From positions 57,427,023-57,491,022 of the forward strand of contig NC_057718.1 in the NCBI RefSeq assembly GCF_004010195.1: a stretch of 64,000 bases of DNA, read 5' to 3'. Under the pieces are notes generated by a model. It saw nothing but the letters and a program-made list of their open reading frames with translations, was not told the origin of the DNA and made no database searches. This DNA comes from Chiloscyllium plagiosum. Taxonomy: Eukaryota. A program made the position numbers and the translations under genes. Position 1 is the first letter of the stretch. Each line of letters begins with the position of its first letter. Of this stretch, positions 27,846-38,969 are shown piece after piece.

Positions 27846-29061
27846 AATATACCAGATTGTGTGTTGCTTTGTTTGTTGTATGTCAAGATTATAAAATAAA
27901 GGCATTTCTAGTGTCATTAAAAATCAAAACCGTAACAATACTTTTCCTCAGATGTTCGTAAGTTTATTGTTTGCAACAGTATCACTACATTCTTCACTTG
28001 CCTGCCATTGGAAAATGGGACTCTATCCATAAGGTTTCAATGCTACATTTTATTGGTATTTCAATTCAGAATACCCAAAAGTAAGAGTGATTTGTCAACT
28101 AAAAGTACAATAAGTAAAAATAGTCTCCCCCCGATTATTAATTGCTTGTAGTTTTATATTGACATTCAGGGGTCTTCATTCCCGGTTTTCAATATAGTTG
28201 CAAACTTGTTCACCTTTATGTGAAGCTGAAATTGTTCTTCAACTTAGCATCAATTACTCCATAAATATAAACATATTTTCCCACAAATATGAAAAGTATG
28301 CTAAAATAAACCTTACTTTTGCTCAAAGAACTGGCCAAATTCAGAAATACACAGCTCCATCTTTCTCATTTTTTAACATATCACAGGCTAGATTTGAGTT
28401 GCAGTCTCTTGATAGAAACCACTTCTCACTAACATTGACCTTAATCACTTCTTCTGACAAAAGGCATTTCCTACTGTAGATTGACTGTTTCCTATAAATA
28501 CTGGGCTATTTCCAAGTGACCTGGGCACAATTTTTGGTATTGGACATTCTCCAATTCAAATAGATATTTTTCATGCACACATAAGTCAAACGATACATAA
28601 ATGTACTTCACTGTACAAATTAAGAAAAGAGGTAATAGCAAATCATTGAATAATAGAGGGAGAATAGCAACTGCTTTCTCAGAAAGTACATGTGTTTTCT
28701 CCTGATTCAGGTGGCAAAGCTAGATTTATATTGAGTGTATATCTCGTTAAAGTTGGTCTTTAGGCATTAGGTTGGGGATATTGTGTTCACAATGACATAC
28801 TGTTGCTAATGAAAACTTTCTGTAGTTGCAAATACTTGCAAATTATTTGCAACTACAGACTTGCAAATAATTTGCTAAATACTTCCAATTAGAAACTTTA
28901 TTTCTTGCAAAATAGAAACTTTAAATAACACAGCAGCTGTGTCTGAAAATTGGCTGTGTTATCATTTTTATTTACAAACTGAGTTGAAAAGTTGCAATGA
29001 AATACATTCTGTTTTTTCCCTCTGAACAAGCATTGTCCACACATTAACTGGCTTGACACGG

Positions 29062-29432
29062 TAGAATAAAGTCGAGAAGTGTGGCACTGGAAAAGCACAG
29101 CAGGTCAGGCAGCATCTGAGGAGCAGGAGAGTTAATGTTTTGGGCATAAGCTCTTCATCAGGAATGTGGGGTGTGGGGACAAGGGGCAGAGAGATAAATA
29201 GGAGGGAGGTGGAGCTGGGGGGAAGATAATAGCTGGGGAAGGCAATAGGTAGATGCAGGTGGAGGGTGATAGTGACCGGTCAGAGGGAAGGGTGGAGCGG
29301 ATAGGTGGGAAGGAAGATGTACAGGTAGGACAGTTCAAGAGGGTGGTGTTGAGTTGGAGGATTGGATTGGATTGGATTGGATTGGATCTGCGATGGGGCG
29401 CGGGCAGGGAAGATTAGGAAACTGGTGAAGTC
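29062..29432 (-). mobile_element. Penelope-like element 3' end (terminal repeat with hammerhead motif)
   Basis: The reverse complement contains CCTGATGAAGAGCTTATGCCCAAAAC. It is homologous to 56018-56350. Confidence 0.8.
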
Positions 29433-29433
29433 C

Positions 29434-30422
29434 TTCAACCACACAACATCAATGTGTTGATCTGTACCTTCAAGACCATCAATAGTACCCTTACTGGTAT
29501 AAAATTCACTAAGAAGGAGGAAAACAACAACAAATTACCATTCCTTGATGTCACAATGGGGAACTTCAAATCAGCATCTGCAGGAAAACAACACATACAG
29601 ACCAAATATTGAACAACAGAAGCAATCATCCCAACATCCACAAACTAAGCTACATTAGAACATTATTTCAATGAGCCACCACACACTGCAGCACAGAGGA
29701 ACTATACAGAGCAGAACAAAATGACATGTATAGTGGATTAAAAAAGAATGGTATCCAATGAACACAGTCCGCCAATTTCAGGGCAACAAACCCAAACAAA
29801 CAGACAAAACACATCCAGACACCCTAACCACTCTCCCCTACAAAGATATTTTGGAAATGACTGCCAGACTATTCAGACCCCTTGGCATCATGGTAGCCCA
29901 CAAACCCATCAACATACTAAAACAGCACCTAATGAAGTTGAAAGACCCTATACAGACAACAAGCAAAACTAATGTCATTTACAAAATACCTTGCAAGAAC
30001 TGTAATAAACACTACATTGGACAAACAGGAAGAAAACTAGCCACCAGGATACATGAATATCAACTAGCCACAAAAAGACATGATCCACTGTCACTAGTAT
30101 CCTCACATATACTACTTCAACTGGGACAACACATTCATCCTAGGACAAGCCAAGCAGAGACATGCATAAGAATTACTGAAAGCATAGCATTCCAACCAGA
30201 ACTCTATCAACAAACACATTGACTTGGATCCCATTTACCCCCATGAGAAAAAGAACAGGAAATGACATCACCATAGGAAATGATGTCACCACAGGAAATG
30301 ACATCACCCACACTAGGGCTACACCACTAGGGTTTCATTTGGAGCTCACTGAACAGGTTACCTAGTATCATGATGAAACAGCTGAAAATGGACCTTCCAG
30401 CTCAGTGAGCAAACCTACATCC
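29434..30422 (+). mobile_element. Penelope-like element (RT C-terminus, GIY-YIG, terminal repeat)
   Basis: Translations include IKFTKKEENNNKLPFLDV and KTNVIYKIPCKNCNKHYIGQTGRKLATRIHE. Confidence 0.92.
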
Positions 30423-31693
30423 TGGATAACTCCCCAGGACCTGATTAGGTGTACCCTAGAACTCTGTGGGAAGCTAGGAAAGTGTTTGCTGGGCCCCATG
30501 CTGAGATATTTGTATCTTCAACAGTCACAAGTGAGGTGCTGTAAGTTTGGAGGTTATCTAACATGGTGCACTACTTAAGAAAGGTAGTAAGGAAAAGCCA
30601 GGGTACTATAGACTGCTGAGCCTGATATCAGTGGTGGGCAAATTGTTGGAGGGAATCCCAAAGGACAGGATTCACATGTATTTGGAAAGGCAGGAACTGA
30701 TTATGTATAGTCAGTTTGGCTTTGTGTGTGGGAAACCATGTCTCATGAACTTGACTGAGTTTTTGAAGAAGTAACAAAGAGGATTGATGAGGGCAGAGTG
30801 GTGGACATGATCTTATGGACTTCAGTAAGGCATTTGGCAAGACTGCTCATGGGAGATTGGTTAGCAAGGTTGGATCTCATGGAATGCAGGGAGAACTAGC
30901 CATTTGGATACAGAACTGGCTCAAAGGTGGAAGACAGAGGGTGTTGGTGTAGGGTTGCTTTTCATACTGGAGGCCTGTGACCAGTGGCTTACCACAAGGA
31001 TCGGTGCTGGGTCCATTTCTTTTCATCATTTATATAAGTGATTTAGATGTGAACATAGGAGGTATAGTTAGTAAGTTTGCAGATGACACCAAAATTGGAG
31101 ATGTAGTGGAAATCAAAGAAGGTTATCCTCAGAGTACAACAGGATCTTGATCAGATGGGCCAATGGTGTACAGGACATTGGTTAGGCCACTTTTGGAATA
31201 TTGCATGCAATTCTGGCTTCCTTCCTATCAGAAGGATGTTGTGAAACTTGAAAGGGTTCAGAAAAGATTTACAAAGGTCTTGCCAGGGTTGGAGGATTTG
31301 AGCTATAAGGAGAGGCTGAATAGGCTGGAATGTCAGAGGCTGAGGGATGAATTTACAGAGGTTTATAAAATCATGAGGGGCATGCATAAGATAAATAGAC
31401 AAGGTCTTTTCGCGGGGTGGGGGAGTCCAGAACTAGAAGGCATAGGGTTAGGATGAGTGGGGTAAGATGTAAAAGGGACATAAGGCGCAACCTTTTCATG
31501 CAGAGGGTGATGCATGTATGGAACGAGCTACCAGAGGATTTAAAAGGCATCTGGATGAGTATATGAATAGAAAGGGTTTGGAAGGACATGGGCCAAGTGC
31601 TGGCAAATGGGACTAGATTAGTTTAGGATATCTGGTCAGCATGGACGAAGGATGCGTTTCCGTGCTGTACATCTCTCTGACTCTATGACTGTA
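30423..31693 (+). mobile_element. CR1 LINE RT fragment with internal deletion
   Basis: PQGSVLGP, SKFADDTK and YRTLVRPLLEYC motifs, with a CTCTATGACT tail. Confidence 0.9.
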
Positions 31694-31695
31694 TG

Positions 31696-32118
31696 AAGAA
31701 TACAATCAGCTCTGCAAGTCTTGACAACTTAGCTTGAAACTGGGAATTGTAGTCTACATTAGGAAAGAACTTTCTTTCAAACCAGGGAAGAATCTTGATG
31801 AGGACTGACTTCCAGATCAGCTCATGAGCTTTCTGGTGAAGAGCTTCGTGAAAGGTGCAGTGCTGTAGTCAATAATTTTAGTGTTGAAGTGTTAAATTTA
31901 TTGTATTATTTCATTAAATATATGATTTAAAGATTTACTTAGACTGTACTACATTTGTGTTAGGCTCACTACTATTTTTGTTTTGATTTTTACTAATATT
32001 TTTGGTGGTTTATCCCTAATCCTGTTTGTCCCATCGACCCTATTATTTATATTGCACATTTTTCTATAACAAGGTGTCGCATGGGAACACGAATACTGGG
32101 TTATAGGAGAATTACCTG
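31696..32118 (-). mobile_element. Tc1/pogo-type MITE, truncated
   Basis: It ends GTTATAGGAGAATTACCTG followed by TA, and is the inverted homologue of 58461-58900. Confidence 0.7.
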
Positions 32119-33080
32119 TAGAACAACAAAAAGTGAAGGTTTCAGTTTACAGTTAATCAGGACTTGAATATTATGGATAAAAGTTATGTAAATTTTTATT
32201 TGTTCTAAACTACTGATTCATTTGTCTGAAAATTAGAATAATATTTAATTATGGCTTGCAAATTTCTTTGTAATAATTCACATAGATAAGATTATTTCTT
32301 TAATTATATTTAATAGAGTTCCAATTGTGATAAAATCAAATTCAAATTTTGAGTGATCAAGAGACAGAATGGGAATAGTGAAAGTTACATTTTATTTTAC
32401 CAGTGTGCTAAGAGTTGATAACTCATCAACAGTAAAATCATAGAGTGCATAATCATGAACTTCCTAACAAGTGGAATAAACCAAAGGTTCCACTTTGTTT
32501 TCAATTTCTTGGTCTATCTTTTGCACATTTGGTTTCTGTGTAAATAACATTTCTTGCTACTTACTACATCTATTGCTACTATTCTTGGTGCACTAAATGC
32601 AAGGCAATCATCAGTTTACAATGATCAATAAAAACCATTATATGGCTCATTTATGCTAGTTGGAAACAACATGCAAATATATGCATACTCCTTGCTAGGA
32701 CTTACTCCAATCATACGATGGAGCATGTGGGAATATTTTGGTTTCCAAAGTATGAATAAAATTTAATCTCTTTTGTTTCAGTGAGGTTTATCGCATGTAT
32801 CAGATCCTTTAAAAATGATATCTGTGTTGTATGAATCAGGTGTTATATCCTCATCTAGATATAATCAGCTACTACTTTGAAAACCTAACAAGACTTGAAT
32901 TAAGCACATATAAACCTTCCATCTTCAAAGCTTTATGAATTGCCCTGAGTAAAGATTAACATGTTGACCCAGAGCAGGCAGCCATGACTGAATGTCTATT
33001 TATATCTCCATACAGAGTTCCTAATTTAAAAAAAAACTTAGGATTTATATAACAGTCCATACACACAACTTCCCAGAATA

Positions 33081-33402
33081 CAGCACGGTGGCTCAGTGGT
33101 TAGCACTGCTGCCTCACAGTGCCAGGGACTCCAGTTCAATTCCTGCCTTGGGCGACTGTCTGTGTGGTTTGCACATTCTCCACGTGTCTGTGTGGGTTTC
33201 CTCTGGGTGCTCCAGTTTCCTCCCACAGTCCAAAGATATGCAGGTTAGGTAAATTGGCCATGCTAAATTCCCCATAGTGTTAGGTGCATTAGTCAGGGGT
33301 GAATGTTGGGGAATGGGTCTGGGTGGGTTGCTGTTTGGAGGGTTGGTGTGGACTTGTTGGGCCGAAGGGCCTGTTTACACACTGTAGGGAATCTAATCTA
33401 AT
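33081..33402 (+). mobile_element. HE1-like SINE
   Basis: Same head, core and (TCTAA)n tail as 5954-6287. Confidence 0.92.
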
Positions 33403-33569
33403 CATCAACCATGCCTAATATTTTACTGTTAGATTGCATATTTACTTTTACGTAAATACAAAACAACTTGTATGACCAGTACACCTAAAGTAATTTATGT
33501 GCAAACAAAACTTTTTCCTTAACTAAAATATCGTAATTTAAAAGAATAATTTATTTCTTGAACAATGCT

Positions 33570-34136
33570 GCAACGGGTGAAATGTTGCTGAACAAACCAA
33601 GAATGCCAAATTTCAAATGAGCAGAACAGTTTATATTACAGGAGAAAAGGGAGCTGATTGTTTAGCAAATCTTATTGGGAGAGGTACTTCCCAAGAGAAA
33701 ACAATAAGGAACTAAGACTCTCCGTGCACCTAGATTATTCAAATAAATGTGTAGAGCGTGAACATTTTCCTTTTATTTTCCGAACGAGGACCTGTATCTT
33801 CACATATAAGACACATTATCAGCTCGATTGATTATCTTAAACTGGTTGAAAGTGCAACATTTTGTGCACCCAGCTTTTGTCCAAATTGCTGTGCAATTGC
33901 AGAAATCACATCAACAGTAGACATTTTGTGTTTTGCAAGCGTGGGCCAGTTGTGTATGGTTTGTACTCTGCCTATTATGTATAACTGAATGTATATACTG
34001 GTTGATTCAAGTTCCCAATCACTGGGACGTATGCCTATGTACGTGACATTGTTCCAACATTGAAATTTGTCCATGTAATTGCTCAAATGATGAATGCTAC
34101 CCTAAGTCCAAAAAGACATTCTGCCGAACACGCAAG
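33570..34136 (-). mobile_element. Old Penelope-like GIY-YIG remnant adjoining the ERV
   Basis: Minus-strand SNYMDKFQCWNNVTYIG...SAIAQQF resembles the Penelope SNVVYxFxCxCxxxYIG...SAIxQHL motif. Confidence 0.5.
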
Positions 34137-34140
34137 GTAG

Positions 34141-34498
34141 TATGAGAAACAGAACTCACTCACAAATCAGCCTGAGACAAAGCCTTGGAAACAAGAACAA
34201 TATATTACAGCCTTGCAAGTACCAGACGCTTCTGCAATCAAGCAGAAATGCGCGCGAAAACAGAGCATGTAAGCATTCTTATTCAGTTTGTAAGTTGCGG
34301 AATCACGCCTCCCTTTTCCCATCATAAGCCAATTACCTCACTTGTTTTTTTCTCTCTAGTTATTTTCTTATCTGGCCATCCTGCTGTCCTTGTATGTCTG
34401 CATTCTTTGTTCCTTGTTTGTTACAGCTTGTTCTTTTATCCAGCCCTCCACAACACCCCCTCCCCCACCTGCAGAAACTACTTTTCTAATCTCCCACA
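34141..34498 (-). repeat. ERV 3' LTR (358 bp; lacks 192 bp present in the 5' LTR)
   Basis: Direct repeat of 41377-41916. On the minus strand it starts TGTGGGAG and ends CTCATA (CA mutated). Confidence 0.95.
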
Positions 34499-34520
34499 AT
34501 TCCCCATTTTTCTTTTTCTC
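34499..34520 (-). promoter_or_regulatory. Polypurine tract
   Basis: Minus-strand GAGAAAAAGAAAAATGGGGAAT lies directly before the 3' LTR TG. Confidence 0.85.
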
Positions 34521-34610
34521 TAACTGTTGTTTCTACACTTATTAAGTCTCCTTTAATTCATTTTCTTATGTTCTGCCCTCTTACGCCTTTTGGCAATGAG
34601 GTTCACAATC

Positions 34611-36130
34611 TTACATTTTACATTTGTGTTGTTCGTCCCTTTGACGCATTCTTTGACTTTCCCTTTGTTGCATATCACCTGCTGATCGTAAAAGCATCTG
34701 ATGATTTATTTGGGTTCCTTCCCCAATGGATGTCATCAGTCGGCTCATTACCCATTTTAGGACATTGAACCCTACCACCAGACCCACGAATATCAATAAT
34801 CCATAGATAGCTAGATTGACTAACCGCCTTCCCCAACCAGTCAATCCCCAATTCCCCCATTCCCATCCTTTTTCGTTCTGGTACTGATTACTGGCCTCCC
34901 TTATCTTGGCGATTTTGTCTCGCACATGTTTGGAGATATCAGTAATGTTAGAGGAGATCTCAGGTATGTACGTACAACATTCCTCTCCAATTAGTGCACA
35001 GGTACCACCCTTCTCTGCCAGAATATAATCGAGAGCTATCCTGTTGTGAAGAGTCGTTAGCCTAGTGGCAATCATTTCGGTCGTTATGGCTGCTACTTGG
35101 GATTGGGTTTCGGCCAACACATCAGCAGTATTGTTGGCCAACTCTTCTAGGGAAGCCGCCAATTTTTGTATTTCTACTCCTGCTCGAGCAGTCCCATACA
35201 TAGGTATCAAAGTCCAGAGGAGGCGATCTCCTTCGGTTACTTTCCGGGTTACTTGCCTTCCTCCCTGTTTATTCTGAGGTATTTTTGGGGCTCTCTTTAA
35301 CAGCCTCAAGTGGGGAATTATATAGGCGAGGTAGCAGCAGCCACTCCAGCCTTTCTGGTTCTGGGGTAGTGTCTGAACTGGATGGTCCCAGCACCCATTC
35401 CCGTGACATCCGCCACTCCAAACGTACTTCTCGCCAGGGATAAATGGGTAGACCTTTAAGCCACACACCCAATATGTCCCATTCAATACTAGGAGAATGG
35501 TTGTGGGAGTAGCTTGACTGGTGTGGACACAAGATGATTTTCCTAATCGGAAGGGTGCAGTTTCATTCTGATTACAGAAACAAGTGGTATTTACTGCTCC
35601 TTTCGGTGGGGAAACTCTAAGGCCATCGATAGCACCCAGAGTTTTCGGGCCTGGTCAAGGGAACCATCCCGCAAAGTTATAATTACCCCTGTCAGATCTC
35701 CATTTTGTATTGTTTGAGCCCGAGTCAAATTGTTGTACATCGTACACTTCTCTTTTGGTAAGTGGTATTACTGTGAGAGGAATTCCGGATTCCCCATGGT
35801 GTGGGATCTCTTATTCCTGATGAAGGGCTTTTGCCCGAAACATCGATTTTGCCTGTCCTCGGATGCTGCCTGAATTGCTGTGCTCTTCCAGCACCACTAA
35901 TCCAGAATGTGGGATCTCAGCACATACCCAACAGTCGGTATGCCCCTTTAGTTTAGCATAATTCTGATATAAAGCGGTAAAATGATTTTTCTCACCCGTG
36001 ACAATATAAAGCTGACCACTCATTTCAGCTCACAACCCTATCTGTCTATTCCCTAACCCTTTGTATGCCAGGGAGGAGTGAGTCCATGCAACACTTACAA
36101 TTGTTTTGGGATACAGTTTTTTTAACCAAC
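34611..36130 (-). pseudogene. env: Retroviral env (gamma-type); N-terminal SU disrupted, SU C-half and TM open (34611-35654)
   Basis: It has a CWVC motif, the immunosuppressive domain LHNRIALDYILAEKGG, CALIGEECC (CX6CC) and a TM helix LAIYGLLIFVGLVVGFNVL. There is a TGA at 35655-35657 and an insertion at 35811-35907. The start position is approximate. Confidence 0.93.
35811..35907 (+). mobile_element. 97-bp Penelope terminal-repeat insertion carrying a hammerhead motif
   Basis: It is absent from the paralogous env copy (~38095-38106), has an 11-bp TSD TGTGGGATCTC (35800-35810 and 35908-35918), and contains CTGATGA-A-GGGC-TTTT-GCCC-GAAA-CATC. Confidence 0.9.
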
Positions 36131-36143
36131 ACTTAATAGTCTC

Positions 36144-36770
36144 TTATCTCAGTCCATTCTTTTTGCTCAGCTTGACTTTCAAAGGGTTGTCTGTAGGATG
36201 TGCTTGCCACTCTGCCGGAGGGGAAGGAGCGTCCACCGGGCCCTTAACGCGAGTGTGATGACTCCACCCTTTTTCAGCAGTTCGGACGGCTGTTTCAGTA
36301 GTCAGGAGGGTTAGGAATGGTCCCTCCCAGCTTGGGTGCAGTTTGGTATCTTTCCAGGTCTTTATCAGGACCCAATCACCCGGTCGTATCCGATGTACTG
36401 CGAACTCAAGTGGAGGTGTCTGGGTCAACAGACCCTTCTTCCTAATGACAGACAAAGAAGAGCCGAGCGCCAGAATATTGTTCTTTAAAAACTTATCATT
36501 GAACTCTACAGTTGGGAATTGTCCTGTCACTTCCTCATCATTTCCTCTAATTAGGGTTGGCTCAAAAATAGACACCAAGAATTCTTCGCCTTTTACTCCG
36601 GAAACCCTGCGATTCTTGTTAGTCAATTTAACACCGGTAGGTCTAAAACTTAGGGATGACCGTGCCGCTCCCATGTCCACCAAAAATACTGCCTCCTCCC
36701 CTTCAGGTCCCACCTTTAAATTTATCAAGGGTTCCCGGTGGGTCTCAGGAGGAAGGAACCCCTGACTCCC
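36144..36770 (-). pseudogene. pol: Truncated pol, copy B: protease N-terminal part fused in frame to the integrase C-terminal domain
   Basis: EPLINLKVG...VFLVDMGAARS (the DTG position) joins at ~36516 to ...RPGDWVLIKTWK...WEGPFLTLLTTETAV...WSHHTRVK. Confidence 0.9.
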
Positions 36771-36773
36771 CTA
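36709..36773 (-). promoter_or_regulatory. gag UAG readthrough signal with pseudoknot
   Basis: TAG, the 8-nt spacer GGGAGTCA, stem 1 GGGTTCC/GGAACCC and stem 2 CCCACC/GGTGGG. Confidence 0.75.
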
Positions 36774-37164
36774 ATCTTCATCTAAGGTCATTAGGGAAAC
36801 GGCTTCCCTTTCTCGTGCTAATTCCGGGCATTCTCGTTTAAAATGCTCCACTTTCCTCCAATGGTAACACCCTGCCTGTTGCCTCCTTTCCCGGGTGTCT
36901 AACCTTTGTCTTTCGTGTCCTCCCCTATCCTTCCTGTTATCCCGTGATCCCAGTCTCCTTTTTGTTAGTTCTTCTAATGCCGCCACCATCATTTTGGCTT
37001 TCTGTTTCTGCTTCTCGTCTTCCCTTTTCACATACACTTTCTGTGCCTCACATAACAGTTCTTCCATCTGTCTTTCACTCCATTCATCTAATTTCTGTAA
37101 TTTCTTTTGTATGTCTGGCCATGATTTAGTTACAAACTGGACCTTTAAGAGTCCCTGTGCTATC
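36771..37164 (-). pseudogene. gag: gag 3' part, copy B (CA C-terminus and NC)
   Basis: EELLCEAQKVYVKR...CYHWRKVEHFKREC (a knuckle Cys is mutated to Trp). The copy is cut by the gap. Confidence 0.9.
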
Positions 37165-37571
37165 NNNNNNNNNNNNNNNNNNNNNNNNNNNNNNNNNNNN
37201 NNNNNNNNNNNNNNNNNNNNNNNNNNNNNNNNNNNNNNNNNNNNNNNNNNNNNNNNNNNNNNNNNNNNNNNNNNNNNNNNNNNNNNNNNNNNNNNNNNNN
37301 NNNNNNNNNNNNNNNNNNNNNNNNNNNNNNNNNNNNNNNNNNNNNNNNNNNNNNNNNNNNNNNNNNNNNNNNNNNNNNNNNNNNNNNNNNNNNNNNNNNN
37401 NNNNNNNNNNNNNNNNNNNNNNNNNNNNNNNNNNNNNNNNNNNNNNNNNNNNNNNNNNNNNNNNNNNNNNNNNNNNNNNNNNNNNNNNNNNNNNNNNNNN
37501 NNNNNNNNNNNNNNNNNNNNNNNNNNNNNNNNNNNNNNNNNNNNNNNNNNNNNNNNNNNNNNNNNNNNNNN

Positions 37572-38330
37572 GAGGTATTTTTGGGGCTCTCTTTAACAGC
37601 CTCAAGTGGGGAATTATATAGGCGAGGTAGCAGCAGCCACTCCAGCCTTTCTGGTTCTGGGGTAGTGTCTGAACTGGATGGTCCCAGCACCCATTCCCAT
37701 GACATCCACCACTCCAAACGTACTTCTCGCCAGGGATAAATGGGTAGACCTTTAAGCCACACACCCAATATGTCCCATTCAATACTAGGAGAATGGTTGT
37801 GGGAGTAGCTTGACTGGTGTGGACACAGGATGATTTTCCTAATCGGAAGGGTGCGGTATCAATCTGATCACAGAAACAAGTGGTATTTACTGCTCCTTTC
37901 GGTGGGGAAACTCTAAGGCCATCGATAGCACCCAGAGGTTTCGGGCCTGGTCAAGGGAACCATTCCGCAAAGTTATAATTGCCCCTGTCAGATCTCCATT
38001 TTGTATTGTTTGAGCCCGAGTCAAATTGTTGTACATCGTACACTTCTCTTTTGGTAAGTGGTATTACTGTGAGAGGAATTCCGGATTCCCCATGGTGTGG
38101 GATCTGAGCACATACCCAACAGTCGGTATGCCCCTTTAGTTTAGCATAATTCTGACATAAAGCGGTAAAATGATTTTTCCCACTCATAACAATATAAAGC
38201 TGATCACTCATTTCAGCTCACAACCCTATCTGTCTATTCCCTAACCCTTTATATGCCAGGGAGGAGTGAGTCCATGCAACACTTACAATTGTTTTGGGAT
38301 ACAGTTTTTTTTAACCAACACTTAATAGTC
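37572..38330 (-). pseudogene. env: env SU part, copy A
   Basis: HTDCWVCAQIPHH...AEWFP* has the same stop as copy B. The copy is cut by the gap. Confidence 0.88.
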
Positions 38331-38399
38331 TCTTATCTCAGTCCATTCTTTTTGCTCAGCTTTAGTCTCTTATCTCAGTCCATTCTTTTTGCTCAGCTT
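38326..38399. repeat. 37-bp tandem duplication unique to copy A
   Basis: TAGTCTCTTATCTCAGTCCATTCTTTTTGCTCAGCTT occurs twice. Confidence 0.9.
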
Positions 38400-38432
38400 G
38401 ACTTTCAAAGGGTTGTCTGTAGGATGTACTTG

Positions 38433-38969
38433 CTATTCTGCCAGAGGGGAAGGAGCTTCCACCAGGCCCTTAACACGAGTGTGATGACTCCACCCTCTTT
38501 CAGCAGTTCGGATGGCTGTTTCAGTAGTCAGGAGGGTTAGGAATGGTCCCTCCCAGCTTGGGTGCAGTTTGGTATCTTTCCAGGTCTTTATCAGGACCCA
38601 ATCACCCGGTCGTATCCGATGTACTGCGAACTCAAGTGGAGGTGTCTGGGTCAACAGACCCTTCTTCCTAAGGACAGACAAAGAAGAGCCGAGCACCAGA
38701 ATATTGTTCTTTAAAAACTTATCATTGAACTCTACAGTTGGTAATTGTCCTGTCACTTCCTCATCATTTCCTCTAATTAGAGTTGGCTCAAAAATAGACA
38801 CCAAGAATTCTTCGCCTTTTACTCCGGAAACCCTGAGATTCTTGTTAGTCAATTTAACACCGGTAGGTCTAAAATTTAGGGATGATCCTGCCTGCTCCCC
38901 TTCAGGTCCCACCTTTAAATTTATCAAGGGTTCCCGGTGAGTCTCAGGAGGAAGGAACCCCTGACTCCC
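38433..38969 (-). pseudogene. pol: Truncated pol, copy A (same PR/IN-CTD junction plus a 27-bp deletion of the active-site region)
   Basis: It reads GPEGEQAGSSL where copy B reads GPEGEEAVFLVDMGAARSSL. The junction is at ~38741. Confidence 0.9.

Noticed and set aside
30255..30308. Short direct repeats as a CRISPR-like array
   Set aside because: They are contiguous units with no spacers, in a eukaryotic retroelement context.
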